Source of the DNA: Nemertoderma westbladi
Lineage: Eukaryota; Animalia; Xenacoelomorpha
Length of the DNA: 64,000 nt
NCBI GenBank assembly: GCA_032718475.1
Contig: JAUCBJ010002587.1
Coordinates: 72,597-136,596 of the forward strand
Direction of reading: 5' to 3'
Shown here: piece after piece, positions 42,828 through 53,069 of the stretch
Layout: the number at the start of each line of letters is the position of its first letter
How positions within the stretch are numbered: position 1 is the stretch's first letter
Notes under the pieces: model-generated
The model's database searches: none
The model's input: only the letters and a program-made list of their open reading frames with translations
Told to the model about the DNA's origin: nothing
Program-made: the position numbers and the translations under genes

Positions 42828-43136
42828 TATACCCCGCGTATATACATATATATATCCCAATAAGTGCCGTTACGTAACCAATTACACTGTGGGTAAATCA
42901 GTTAGATGTCGCCGAAGGACAGACCTCCCGAACCCCCCCCCCCCCCCCCCCCCGCTGCCTTCCAGCAGTTCAGGTTCGACTCTCTAGATCCCGTCTCTTC
43001 CTAACTAACTATCCTCTAACCTATTCCCATGCATAGCGCAAAAACTTTGGAGATAAACTGGCCGTGACCAACTCACTTTTTGATGCCCAAACTACTCCCA
43101 TTACTCGTACTAAACTACAGTAGTTAGAAGGACTAT

Positions 43137-44297
43137 CTGGCTGTTATCTTTGTTGACTTCTTCAAGGCCTTTGATTCAGTCTCTCGCTCACGTATGTTCA
43201 GCATACTTTCATTATATGGGATTCCTGATGAAATTATTGCAGCAATCAGATCAGTATACGATGGTTCGACAACATTTGTGTCTACTGTTGACGGTGACAC
43301 AGAACCATTTGAAGTGTTATGGGGCGTCCTCCAAGGAGACACACTTGCACCATTCTTGTTCATTATTGTGGTTGACTATGTTCTACGCATGTCCTTAGAT
43401 CATCATAATGATGATGGGGTGATGATAACTCCACCTACTGGCTCCAGAAGTCGAGGAAATCCTGCCAAGTACCTAACTGATCTAGACTTTGCTGATGACT
43501 TAGGAGTACTCTCAGAATCATTAGAGGGAGCCCAACGGCTCCTCAGCTCATTAGAACATGCTGCTTCTAGTGTTGGTCTTTTTATTAACTCCAGAAAGAC
43601 CAAAATTCTGACAGTTAACTTTGAAAGTCCTCAGCAAGTCTCTGATCGGATGAGCATAAGCTCAAAGGATGGTATGCTTGAGCATGTGGACGACTTCTGT
43701 TACCTGGGATCATGGATCCGGAAGTCAGGTGAGGACCTTCGAATACGTAAGGGAAAGGCATGGGCAGCCTTGAATAGGCTTTCCAGGATTTGGAAGTCAC
43801 CGAGAATTAATCGGAAACTTAAGGTCCGATTATTTAGAGCAGCAGTAGTTCCAGTACTCCTCTATGGGAGTCCATGCTGGGCTCTAACTGCTGAGGACAC
43901 CAAATCTCTGGATGGCACATTCACAAGAATGCTACGCCGGGTTCATTGTGTCAAGTACAATGCACACATCTCCAACCAGACACTATATAACATTGGAGGT
44001 GTCTCATTGGTTCCCCCAAGCTTGACACTAGAACAAAATCGCCTCCGCTTTGCAGGACATTGCTTTCGCCGTGAGGACCAGCCAGTGCATAATCTTGTAC
44101 TTTGGCAGCCTCATGGAGTGAATAAGCATGGTGGACAGCCCATGACTTTCTTGAGACGCATCTTAAAGGACACTGGCCTTAAAGATGCGGATGATCTAGC
44201 AAATGTCATGGGTGATAGGGAGTTGTGGCGGTGCAATTTTGTTGACAAGCCGGCACAGCATTCTTAAAAATGCAGCTGCAATGCAGCATGCCGATCC
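43137..44297 (+). mobile_element. 5'-truncated RTE-like non-LTR retrotransposon inserted antisense between pol and ORF3
   Basis: Starts mid-RT (VIFVDFFKAFDSVSR); candidate 12-bp TSD with one mismatch, TAGAAGGACTAT (43125-43136) / TAGTAGGACTAT (44298-44309). Confidence 0.85.
43194..44267 (+). pseudogene. Partial LINE reverse transcriptase ORF (C-terminal part, RTE-like)
   Basis: Motifs GVLQGDTLAPFLF, DFADD, FCYLGS, VLLYGS..W, RLRFAGH; N-terminus missing. Confidence 0.9.
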
Positions 44298-44774
44298 TAG
44301 TAGGACTATAGCCACAATACTCGACTATACCAAACCCACAGGTTTGATAATCGAACATCACACTTCACTGCAAACTACTGAGTGGGGTCCATGTACGCCT
44401 CTGGTGCTACTAACCTTTAGCACCTTAGTTGCACTGTTGGCACCAATCTGTGGAAGTTGCTAAACTCAATTTACACTCCTACGTAATATAGCCGTCACCA
44501 TGGTTTCTAAATGCTATTTTCCAGGCTTCACGACTTTTCAAATTACTGTATATCTATAGACGAATTCTAAAACGCGTCTATACACAGCGTCTGGAATTGT
44601 CTTGGGTTCACTTCTAATTTTTTAAATTTTTAAATTTTCCAAAAATTTTGAAAATAAAATTTTGTTTTTGATACCCACCAGACAAAACTCAACGCAAATC
44701 ACTGCAAACCCGCTCCTATGCATTTCCTTGTATTTGCATACGAGGAATGCATACGAAGTGAGTTGCATCCAACG

Positions 44775-47700
44775 CTAATTCTGTTTAGAGGCAGGAGACA
44801 AATTATAATCTCCTGTCTCGATACGTGTCTCCTCTAATAACACGATATCTTGGACCGGTCGGTCCAAGGTGTGTAAACCATTAGTTTTACACTTCTTTGG
44901 GTGCGGACACTTGCACCTAATTTTCACAGTGACTGTGCGCACTATGTTTTGCACGTCTGGGTGTGTGTGCAAGATGACACCTGTCTCCCAGTATTTTCTC
45001 TTGACAATTGGTTCGGTTATCAATACGTAATCTCCCCTTTGGAGACTCCGAACCGTTTTGTACCACTTTGTTCTGGTAGATATGGTGGGAAGATAGTATT
45101 CCCGCCAATATTCCCAGATTGTGTACGCCACTAATTGTGTCACCTTCCAGCTTTTACGACTATATAGGTCGGCACTAACGGGTTCTGATGCCGGCACAAG
45201 AAATGCTGGACTCTGCATTAACAAATGATTCGGCGTTAATGCAACACCATCTGGCAACATAGCTATCGGCCTCGAGTTTAATGTATGCTCGATTTCGATG
45301 AAAGCTGTGACCAGTTCGTCGTCGGTAAGTTGTTTGTTTACAGGCAATGTTTTGGCAATGGCCTGTTTTACAGAGCGAACTAAACGCTCCCAACTTCCTC
45401 CTCTCCAAGGACTTTCTGGAGTATTAAATCTCCACTCTACTCCTAGCGGCAAAAGTGCTGCAGAAATTTCCTTATTCCGTGCCGCTTTATGAGCCGCGTT
45501 CAACTCGCTATTCCCTCCGACAAAGTTTGTACCCTTATCAGAGTAGAACGCCTTTACTAGTCCTCTCCTGGCCATAAATCTCTTTAAGGCCAGGAGCAGA
45601 GATTTGGTCGACATGTCTGCCACACGCTCAATGTGTATGGCTCTACTAGCCATACATGTCAGTAGCAGACCCCATCGCTTGTGGGTCAGCCATCCACTCT
45701 TTGCTTCAATCGGACCAAAACAGTCCACCCCTGTGTTCGTAAAGGGTGGGTCATTTGCCTGCACTCTCGCTTCCGGGAGTTCAGCCATCTCCTGTTCCAA
45801 TACTCTGGCGTTCACTCTCTTGCAAACCAGACAGGCGTCGTACATGGTGCCGACTGCCCTGCTTGGCTGCAATAGAATGAATCGCTGTCTCGCTGCCGAC
45901 AGACAGTGTAACTTTCCCGCGTGATGCAACCTCTTGTGTATATCCCATAGAATCGCTCTTTGCAATTCTATTGGGTGACTAGGGATTATCACTGGGAACC
46001 GAAACTGTGAGTTTATGTCGACAGTCTGGATTCTCGATCTATGACAAATTAAACCCTTATGGATTAATGGACTCCATTTTCTAAGGGGTTTATAGAGAAC
46101 TGGTCGTTGAGCCGATAATAGATAGAATTCTTTTGGGAAGGCACACATTTGATAATGTTTCAAATGCTTTAATTCCGCTTGATCAATCTCATCCTCTGTC
46201 AGAGGTTGTTTCAATTTCCGAATTCGCTCACTATTGGCGCTCGATGGTTCTCTCAAATGTTCCGAATGTTTTATACAAAGGTACGAAATGTATCGGCTTA
46301 ACCACGCAGTTCTTTTACAAATTGTCAGCCAAGAGGCAGACGAATTTAGTAATTTGTCATAAATACTGCATGACTCTAATGCCAGCGACGGTTGTCCGCT
46401 AACTAATGGAAGTTTCGAATCCAAACCCGCAGGTTTGGAAACCAAAGGCTCCATTTTGTCGGTCATTTTCTGTCCGTCACTTACCAACTGTGACTCTGGT
46501 TTAGTCTGTAAGGGTGGTTTTATGTCATAACTTACCCTTCCGGACCTAGTAGTCACGTAAGTCTGTTGGTCTGACAGGTCTCCGGGACGCTCCAATAACT
46601 CTTCAGGCCGCTCCAATGACTCTTCAGGCCGCTCCAATGACTTAAGTTTGGCTTTAGACTTCGACTTAGAGACTTTCTCCACCTTGACTTCTGCATCTTC
46701 AGGCATCGGATTGGTCACTATCTTTAGTCGCTCTGGCCAATGTTCCTGTGTCCTCGTTAGAAAATCAGGTCCATGCAACCAAAACTCCTGCGACTCCTCC
46801 TGACAGAATTCCGCCGGCATTGCACCTCTCGAAGTTATGTCGGCCGGGTTTAACACTCCCGGACAATGTCTCCATTGTTCCTTCGTCGAAAAGTCGACTA
46901 TCTGAGCGCGTCTATTGGCCACAAATGTCTTTAGTGCAATATTGTCGGCCGCAATGTACACTAACACCAAGGATGCGTCCGTCCAATAAAATAAGGTCAA
47001 TGTCGTATCTAACTCCTCAGTTATCTGCTTACTTACCTCGACTGAAACTACAGCCGCCTGTAACTCTGCACGAGGGACAGTCATGTATTTGACCGGCATT
47101 GTCTTTGATCTAGAAGTCACAAAGGCCGTCTCAAATTTATCCTGACTCACCTCTCGGCGAAGGTAGGCTACCATACCAAAGCCGGTGTCACTTGCGTCAC
47201 TAAACAGATGCAGTTCGAGATCAGCTGGAAATACCAGCTGATTCGGAAAGTAGGAACGGGGTACATCTATATTTTTCAATAGATGCAACTCGGCTTCCCA
47301 CTCCCTCCACTGCTTTGCATGTATAGGAGATATTGGTTCGTCCCACTCTAGGTCGGACAACCAAATTTTCCTCATGCACGCTCGTGCCTGTAATATAACC
47401 GGACTGATATAGTTCATCGGGTCAAATAGTCTACTCAAAGTCGATAAGCAAATTCTCTTTGTCAAAACTTTGTCTGGGCTACTGGGCTCAAATCTAACTC
47501 TTACCTGGAATTTATCCGTATTCGGATTCCAAGCGAGTCCCAGTACTCGCGCCATGGGAATTGGTTCTACCCCCAATTCTATGTCTCCGCTCCCGCGATC
47601 TTTCACCGGGAATGACTCTAATAGGGCCTCCGAGTTCGTAGTGAACTTGGTGAGAGGAAATCCCCCTGTAGCCAAGCACTCTTGCAGGCCGTGAGCCACT

Positions 47701-50700
47701 TCTATGGCTTGTTCCGCCGTGTCCTTGGACACCAATCCGTCGTCCATGTAGAAGTTTCTCAAGATGGACTCGATAACCTCTACTGGATACTTACCAATCT
47801 GGGCTGTTGCCGTTTTCTTTAAAACAAACAGCGTGCCATTTGGACTATCGCGGGCACCAAATATCCTTACGTACATCTGGTATGTAACCACTGGGCCGGA
47901 TAAGTCTTCATTCTCATACCAGAGAAAGCGAAGGCTATCCTGGTCTGCCTTACAGGCTCTTACCTGGTGGAACATCGCCTCGATGTCACAAGTAAATGCG
48001 AATCGCCGCTGTCTAAAACGTAACAGTATTCCAATCAAATAATTATTCAGGTTGGGACCATCCATCAACTCTGAATTCAGGGACATACCTCTATAGACTG
48101 CTGCGCAGTCGTTGACTACTCGGACTTTGTCAGGTTTGTCAGGGTGAGTCACATAGTGGTGTGGGAGGTAATAAGTCTGGTCTGTCACTAAGTCAGGGTC
48201 CTCTACCTTCCCAGCAAATCCCTTGGCGAAATAGTTGTTGATCTGGGCGCAATACTTCTCCCTAATGTCTGGATTCTTCAACAACCGAGCCCTTACTCCG
48301 TTTAATCTTTTCAAGGCTAAGTTGTAGTTGTTCTCCAACTTAGGTGGTTGTCGACGCCACAACATTCCAACTTCAAAATGTCCAGTCGGTAGTAGACGTA
48401 TGGTATCTTCCATCATCTCCAGCGACCGTTTCTCATCAGTAGACATGGCTAGGTCATATCCACCGGGTTCCATTGCGTCCCTATCCAGCCATTCGACGGT
48501 TCTGGCTCCTGTCTCAAGGTCCTGGCGTATCAATTCCTTCTGCAATTCCTCCTCACTGTACTGGAAAATGTCTAGGTCTCGATATTTAGCCACCTGACCC
48601 TCCACTATGTCAGTATAAGTCAAAACGTTACTCAGATAGGTAGCGTGGGCCGCTGAACCAGACCCACGGGTCTGATAACAGTAGTCCTCGGGTTCACTAT
48701 CTGTCCGGTCATTATGAAGTGGTTCCGACAACCTAACATTATCGGGAATCAACTCCTCGTCCGACTCGCTAAAGTCACTATAGTGGTCAATACAGGTTCT
48801 CCTAAACTCGTCTATGTCTGGTGGTTCTACTAACGGTGGTTGAGTTATAGGCTGTAATTCGTCATATCTGTCTATTGGCTTGCCGCCACCTGTAAACTCA
48901 TAAGACATGGGTACTCTTGTATACCAACCTAATATGGTCCTATGGGCATGTGGTCCATTGACATGCGGCTCAGCTGGTCTCGTTTCCCATATCTGGTGTG
49001 CGATCAGCTGTTCTGCACCAATCAACATAGAAACATTCCTATAACCTACCTGGTGTCTGGGTATCCTGAGCTTGTCAAAATACTCCTGTGCTATGGGACT
49101 CATCGGTGGCACCTTACCTAACTGCCTGCCGAATCCCTTCATAGCTAGACACTTAAATCCGTCCAATGGCAAAGCTTTCCATTCTTGTCGAGTATGTTGG
49201 TCTCTCGGAAGTAGGGAATCTAGTTCTACAGATATCCTGTGTCCCTTGAGGTCACCTACCCCATGCATAGACTTCAACTCTATTTGGATCTCCTCAGCGT
49301 CCTGGAAGCTAGAAACAGCTCTCGCCACTTCCTCGTCGATATAAGATAATGTGGACGCAGTGTCCAACATGACATATATTCGCTTCGATCCCTTATCGCC
49401 AGTAACTTTCACCGGATTCACGCTAAATATTTCCGACGTGGCCGATGATAGATACGTCCGCGCGCTGGTCGATGAACTATCCGCAGTGAAACCTTGGCAG
49501 GTCACTTCTCTCGCGCTCGACTCGCCATCTTCGTCCGACGAACCTGGTTGATAACCATCGTCCTGGATGCCGGTGTACGTATTCCTTCTTATCGATACGG
49601 GTTCTTTGCTCCCCTTCCTGTGAGGATTTCGCTGTAAGTAACGGTCCGTTGGGGTATGGAAATCCGCATGTAGCAACTTGTGATGTAGTCTGCCGCATTC
49701 CATGCATCCGTCCTTGCTGTTCGGGCACTGCCGCCGTACATGACCTGGCGCAAGACATGCCCAACAGGTGTCCAACGTCCGCACTTGAACTCTTCTCTGT
49801 TCCGAAATTAATTCTTTGAACCGTCTGCAACTATCTAACTTATGGTCGTCAGATCTTACCTCCTTTAGTAAGCAGTATTGGCAACCTACAAATCCATCCG
49901 GCAACTCCTGTTGCTTTAACCTAGGTCTATCTAACCGCTCACCTGACCATACTCGCGAGTCTGATCTAAAGGCTGGGGTACTCGAATTATATCTGTCTAC
50001 TGAGTTAAATGTCACAGTGGTCCTGTCATCGTCAAAACTTACCATAGACTTACCGGTAACAGGTTTAGACTCTCTCATATTCTCCTCTGAGAAGTTTGAT
50101 TTCATCTCTGCTACTGCGTCTGTGGCTATCATGTCATGAATATGCTGAAGTGTCAACACTTTACCTTGACCCTCCAACTTATTCTCTAATTTGCGCCATT
50201 TCTGTCGGTAACGCATGTTTAAACGTCTTATTACGCTTTTTAAAACTTCGGCGTGATCACCATGATGAGGTAGATTCACCGTCCTCAAGATGTCCAATGC
50301 GTTCGAAATGGCGTTCGCTAAGTTCAACAGCTCTAACGGAGTTGTAATCCTTCCGCCCTTACCCAAGTCTTCTACTATCGACTGCGCCATCTTGGTTTTA
50401 TTCCCGTAGATGTCGCTAAGCGTCTTCATCGCTAACTCGAATGCCCTTTCATTGCCGACGAAGTTGTCAGCAATGGCTCTAGGTTCTCGATGGAGCATCT
50501 GAAGCAAATAGTTGAACTTCTCGTTGGGAGTAAAGGTGCTGTTGGTTAGCTGCTCGTCGACATAGGTTTTGAAGGTCCTCCAATGCTTATGGTTGCCCAT
50601 AAACTTCTGGGGTTGTTGCGTCGGCAGTCCTTGCCTAGCAGCAAACTTACCTATGTCCCTAAGGGTTGCGTCGTTCCGGGTTAACAAATGGTTTAGTTCC

Positions 50701-52310
50701 GCAGGGTTGTTAAGTCTGGTCCTTTCCCGGTGGTTCAAACTTACCTGCTCGGCGTCCGTCCTTCTTTCCTTATAGTTTCGGGACTTCTGACGTCTCATGT
50801 CTTCCTCTTCATCGCTTGAATCGGTGTCAGTCCTTAGCGCTCGCGATGGTTTGCGCGCCGAGGCCCTGACCCAAGCCTCCTCAATAAATTTCTCGGCTGA
50901 GTTTTCGAAATTGGGATTATGAATATTCGGGACAGGCGTCCTTACCTGAGGTCTATGTGGTATAGTCTCCTCCGATATGCGTACTCGTTGACTAGGCTGG
51001 ACTTTATATAACTCAGGCCTGCTAGGATTAGAATTACTTCTTACCTGGGCTGCTTCCTTTAACCGTAGGTTACTAAGCATGTCCGTTATAGGTTGGATGT
51101 GCGGCGATATAGCTTGCGCTAAACTAGCACTTAACTCATCCCTCGTAATAAATTCCTGGCTAGGGTTCTGTTGTATAGTCGGCTCTATCTGAGTAATCCG
51201 CTGTCTCTCATATGATCCCTCTTCCGGTTTAACCCGGAAGTTCTCCGTCGAACTGGGTCGGCGTTCCGTCCGCGTATTCCAAACCCGCGGGTTCGGTTCT
51301 CCCAATACTCGGCCCGTCGGAGTTTCTTCTCTAAATTCCTCGTTGTCGCGTTCGGTGTATAGTGGTGCGGTGTTCCGATGCCGTGGAGCCTGGGCGATGG
51401 GTGAAGCACTAATACCAACTGGCGTGCGATATGTAGAGAACGGTTTAGCGATCCGTGTACTCGTAATAGCTGGACCGGGTATAGGAATTCTGGTCGTCGT
51501 CGACTCGCGTATGGTCGGAGTTCTCGCTTCCTGTTCGGCCTTCTGCAGTGCGAACAGTTCTCGCAACTCTGTCCCTACACTCGCCCCACATTCTTCGATC
51601 ATTCGCATCCCCTTCTCGGCGATTTCGTTCGCCTTCCTAGTCCGTTCTTCGCTCTCTAAACTTAATCTCGCACTTTCCAACTGCGCCAGTTTACGTTCTT
51701 CTTCTTCCCTCGCTCGTCTCGCTACGCTCTCTTCTTCCACACGCGCCTTTTCTTCATACAACGCTTGTCGCTCTTTCTCGATCTCGAGTTCGCGTTCCTT
51801 GCGTTCGCGTTCAAGTTCGAGTTCGCGTTTCTTCTGTTCGCGTTCGAGCTGGAGTTCGCATTCTTTCTGTTCGCGTTCAAGCTGGAGTTCGCGTTCCTTG
51901 CGCTCGCGTTCCGCTCGCTCACGCTTACCTTTATCTTCCAGCTCGCGCAACTTCGCGTCTAACTTACGTGTTCGCTCCCTTTCCCGCTCGGCTTCCTTCC
52001 GTGCTTCCGATGCACGCAAAACTTCCGCCTGTTGTTCGTCCAGTCGGCGTCTTCTCTCCTCCGCAGAGTTGTGAGAAACAAGGGATCTAGCACATATAAC
52101 CTTCCCTCGCGCGTGACTAACCTGGGAATCGCCGCTGTCTCTGGATGCATCGTCGGGTGGAGTCAACGTCCTCTGTTGGATGTTCTCCGTCGTCAGTAGC
52201 ACCTGGCCCGGTACCACCACTCCATTCTGCATCAGCCAGCTAGTAACTTCCCTCTGATACCGGCGCTCTTCTTTATCTTGGATCTCTTCCCGCTCCACTA
52301 AGTCTCTCAA
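44775..52310 (-). CDS. BEL/Pao Gag-Pol polyprotein, main part (Gag, protease, RT, RNase H, integrase)
   Basis: BEL-type knuckles CQYC..H..C, CWAC..H..C and CMECGRLHHKLLH; protease MLDTAS; RT FYMDD; RNase H LHLFSDAS; integrase H..H..CLVC, GVDCFGP, YSDKGTNF, WERLVRSVK. Confidence 0.95.
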   Translation of the reverse strand: MRDLVEREEIQDKEERRYQREVTSWLMQNGVVVPGQVLLTTENIQQRTLTPPDDASRDSGDSQVSHARGKVICARSLVSHNSAEERRRRLDEQQAEVLRASEARKEAERERERTRKLDAKLRELEDKGKRERAERERKERELQLEREQKECELQLEREQKKRELELERERKERELEIEKERQALYEEKARVEEESVARRAREEEERKLAQLESARLSLESEERTRKANEIAEKGMRMIEECGASVGTELRELFALQKAEQEARTPTIRESTTTRIPIPGPAITSTRIAKPFSTYRTPVGISASPIAQAPRHRNTAPLYTERDNEEFREETPTGRVLGEPNPRVWNTRTERRPSSTENFRVKPEEGSYERQRITQIEPTIQQNPSQEFITRDELSASLAQAISPHIQPITDMLSNLRLKEAAQVRSNSNPSRPELYKVQPSQRVRISEETIPHRPQVRTPVPNIHNPNFENSAEKFIEEAWVRASARKPSRALRTDTDSSDEEEDMRRQKSRNYKERRTDAEQVSLNHRERTRLNNPAELNHLLTRNDATLRDIGKFAARQGLPTQQPQKFMGNHKHWRTFKTYVDEQLTNSTFTPNEKFNYLLQMLHREPRAIADNFVGNERAFELAMKTLSDIYGNKTKMAQSIVEDLGKGGRITTPLELLNLANAISNALDILRTVNLPHHGDHAEVLKSVIRRLNMRYRQKWRKLENKLEGQGKVLTLQHIHDMIATDAVAEMKSNFSEENMRESKPVTGKSMVSFDDDRTTVTFNSVDRYNSSTPAFRSDSRVWSGERLDRPRLKQQELPDGFVGCQYCLLKEVRSDDHKLDSCRRFKELISEQRRVQVRTLDTCWACLAPGHVRRQCPNSKDGCMECGRLHHKLLHADFHTPTDRYLQRNPHRKGSKEPVSIRRNTYTGIQDDGYQPGSSDEDGESSAREVTCQGFTADSSSTSARTYLSSATSEIFSVNPVKVTGDKGSKRIYVMLDTASTLSYIDEEVARAVSSFQDAEEIQIELKSMHGVGDLKGHRISVELDSLLPRDQHTRQEWKALPLDGFKCLAMKGFGRQLGKVPPMSPIAQEYFDKLRIPRHQVGYRNVSMLIGAEQLIAHQIWETRPAEPHVNGPHAHRTILGWYTRVPMSYEFTGGGKPIDRYDELQPITQPPLVEPPDIDEFRRTCIDHYSDFSESDEELIPDNVRLSEPLHNDRTDSEPEDYCYQTRGSGSAAHATYLSNVLTYTDIVEGQVAKYRDLDIFQYSEEELQKELIRQDLETGARTVEWLDRDAMEPGGYDLAMSTDEKRSLEMMEDTIRLLPTGHFEVGMLWRRQPPKLENNYNLALKRLNGVRARLLKNPDIREKYCAQINNYFAKGFAGKVEDPDLVTDQTYYLPHHYVTHPDKPDKVRVVNDCAAVYRGMSLNSELMDGPNLNNYLIGILLRFRQRRFAFTCDIEAMFHQVRACKADQDSLRFLWYENEDLSGPVVTYQMYVRIFGARDSPNGTLFVLKKTATAQIGKYPVEVIESILRNFYMDDGLVSKDTAEQAIEVAHGLQECLATGGFPLTKFTTNSEALLESFPVKDRGSGDIELGVEPIPMARVLGLAWNPNTDKFQVRVRFEPSSPDKVLTKRICLSTLSRLFDPMNYISPVILQARACMRKIWLSDLEWDEPISPIHAKQWREWEAELHLLKNIDVPRSYFPNQLVFPADLELHLFSDASDTGFGMVAYLRREVSQDKFETAFVTSRSKTMPVKYMTVPRAELQAAVVSVEVSKQITEELDTTLTLFYWTDASLVLVYIAADNIALKTFVANRRAQIVDFSTKEQWRHCPGVLNPADITSRGAMPAEFCQEESQEFWLHGPDFLTRTQEHWPERLKIVTNPMPEDAEVKVEKVSKSKSKAKLKSLERPEESLERPEELLERPGDLSDQQTYVTTRSGRVSYDIKPPLQTKPESQLVSDGQKMTDKMEPLVSKPAGLDSKLPLVSGQPSLALESCSIYDKLLNSSASWLTICKRTAWLSRYISYLCIKHSEHLREPSSANSERIRKLKQPLTEDEIDQAELKHLKHYQMCAFPKEFYLLSAQRPVLYKPLRKWSPLIHKGLICHRSRIQTVDINSQFRFPVIIPSHPIELQRAILWDIHKRLHHAGKLHCLSAARQRFILLQPSRAVGTMYDACLVCKRVNARVLEQEMAELPEARVQANDPPFTNTGVDCFGPIEAKSGWLTHKRWGLLLTCMASRAIHIERVADMSTKSLLLALKRFMARRGLVKAFYSDKGTNFVGGNSELNAAHKAARNKEISAALLPLGVEWRFNTPESPWRGGSWERLVRSVKQAIAKTLPVNKQLTDDELVTAFIEIEHTLNSRPIAMLPDGVALTPNHLLMQSPAFLVPASEPVSADLYSRKSWKVTQLVAYTIWEYWREYYLPTISTRTKWYKTVRSLQRGDYVLITEPIVKRKYWETGVILHTHPDVQNIVRTVTVKIRCKCPHPKKCKTNGLHTLDRPVQDIVLLEETRIETGDYNLSPASKQN
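51780..51910 (-). repeat. 33-bp coding tandem repeat (ELxLERExKxR-like, ~4 copies) in the Gag coiled-coil
   Basis: ELQLEREQKEC, ELQLEREQKKR, ELELERERKER, ELEIEKE in the translation. Confidence 0.8.
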
Positions 52311-53069
52311 CTATGTGTCACTCACCTGAGTCGCCTGCGCTTGTGATGCCCATAGCAGCCAGTTCTCCGTCCTAACTCGTCGGAATCGCTCCGATAACTC
52401 GCGGTGCTCCAACAAAGCTGCTAAAACCCTGTTGTAAATCCTCGTCGCCACGTCGCTCGACTGAGACTCTACTGCCTTCTTCGCTAGGACTGCAAGCTCC
52501 TCCGTCTGTTTGAATAACGCTGAGTTGTATCCTCTTCTAATCTCTACTAACTCCACCCTCCCGATGTTGGCTGAGTCAGCTAACATCTTCCTTACCTTGT
52601 CCGTCGTCCGGGTTTTATGTCCGGCATGCGCGCGAAGTTTCTTCTTTATCGCGATATCAAGTTCTCTCTCGCTTACCTGACTCACACTCGGTGGACTTGA
52701 AGGATTATTTCGGGAACTACGGGTACTCCTTACAGCCGTCGGGACCATGGCACTTACCATACCCACAGGTCTGGAAACCGGGCTCCGGGCTCTCGCTTCT
52801 GCTACACTACCCTCCCTATCACTCACCTCTGTCCGGGCTGCTGTGCGGTCCTTCCTTTCAGTAGTGGTAGGGGATCCTAATACTATTACCTCACCTTGTT
52901 CTTCCTCACTGGTTACTGTCTCGTCCTCCTGTTCACTTACGTCAGCGTCGCTCGCTGCGTCGTCATAGTCGGCATTGTCGTCAACAGTAATATTGACACT
53001 ATCGTCAGTCGGCGGTCCTGCCGCCGTCTCATAGCTGTCCTCCAGTGCCTCCTTGTCTGAGACACTCAT
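52311..53069 (-). CDS. N-terminal Gag segment (252 aa), in frame with the polyprotein but ending in a single TAG
   Basis: ATG at 53069; minus strand reads GAC ACA TAG TTG AGA GAC at the junction, same frame as 44775-52310. Confidence 0.85.
   Translation of the reverse strand: MSVSDKEALEDSYETAAGPPTDDSVNITVDDNADYDDAASDADVSEQEDETVTSEEEQGEVIVLGSPTTTERKDRTAARTEVSDREGSVAEARARSPVSRPVGMVSAMVPTAVRSTRSSRNNPSSPPSVSQVSERELDIAIKKKLRAHAGHKTRTTDKVRKMLADSANIGRVELVEIRRGYNSALFKQTEELAVLAKKAVESQSSDVATRIYNRVLAALLEHRELSERFRRVRTENWLLWASQAQATQVSDT

Noticed and set aside
39120-42860. ORF3 as an envelope glycoprotein
   Set aside because: No signal peptide or transmembrane anchor seen; nuclease-like and knuckle motifs instead.
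44901-52968. Numerous short plus-strand ORFs, including 51343-52074
   Set aside because: Antisense shadows of the gag-pol frame with no recognisable motifs.
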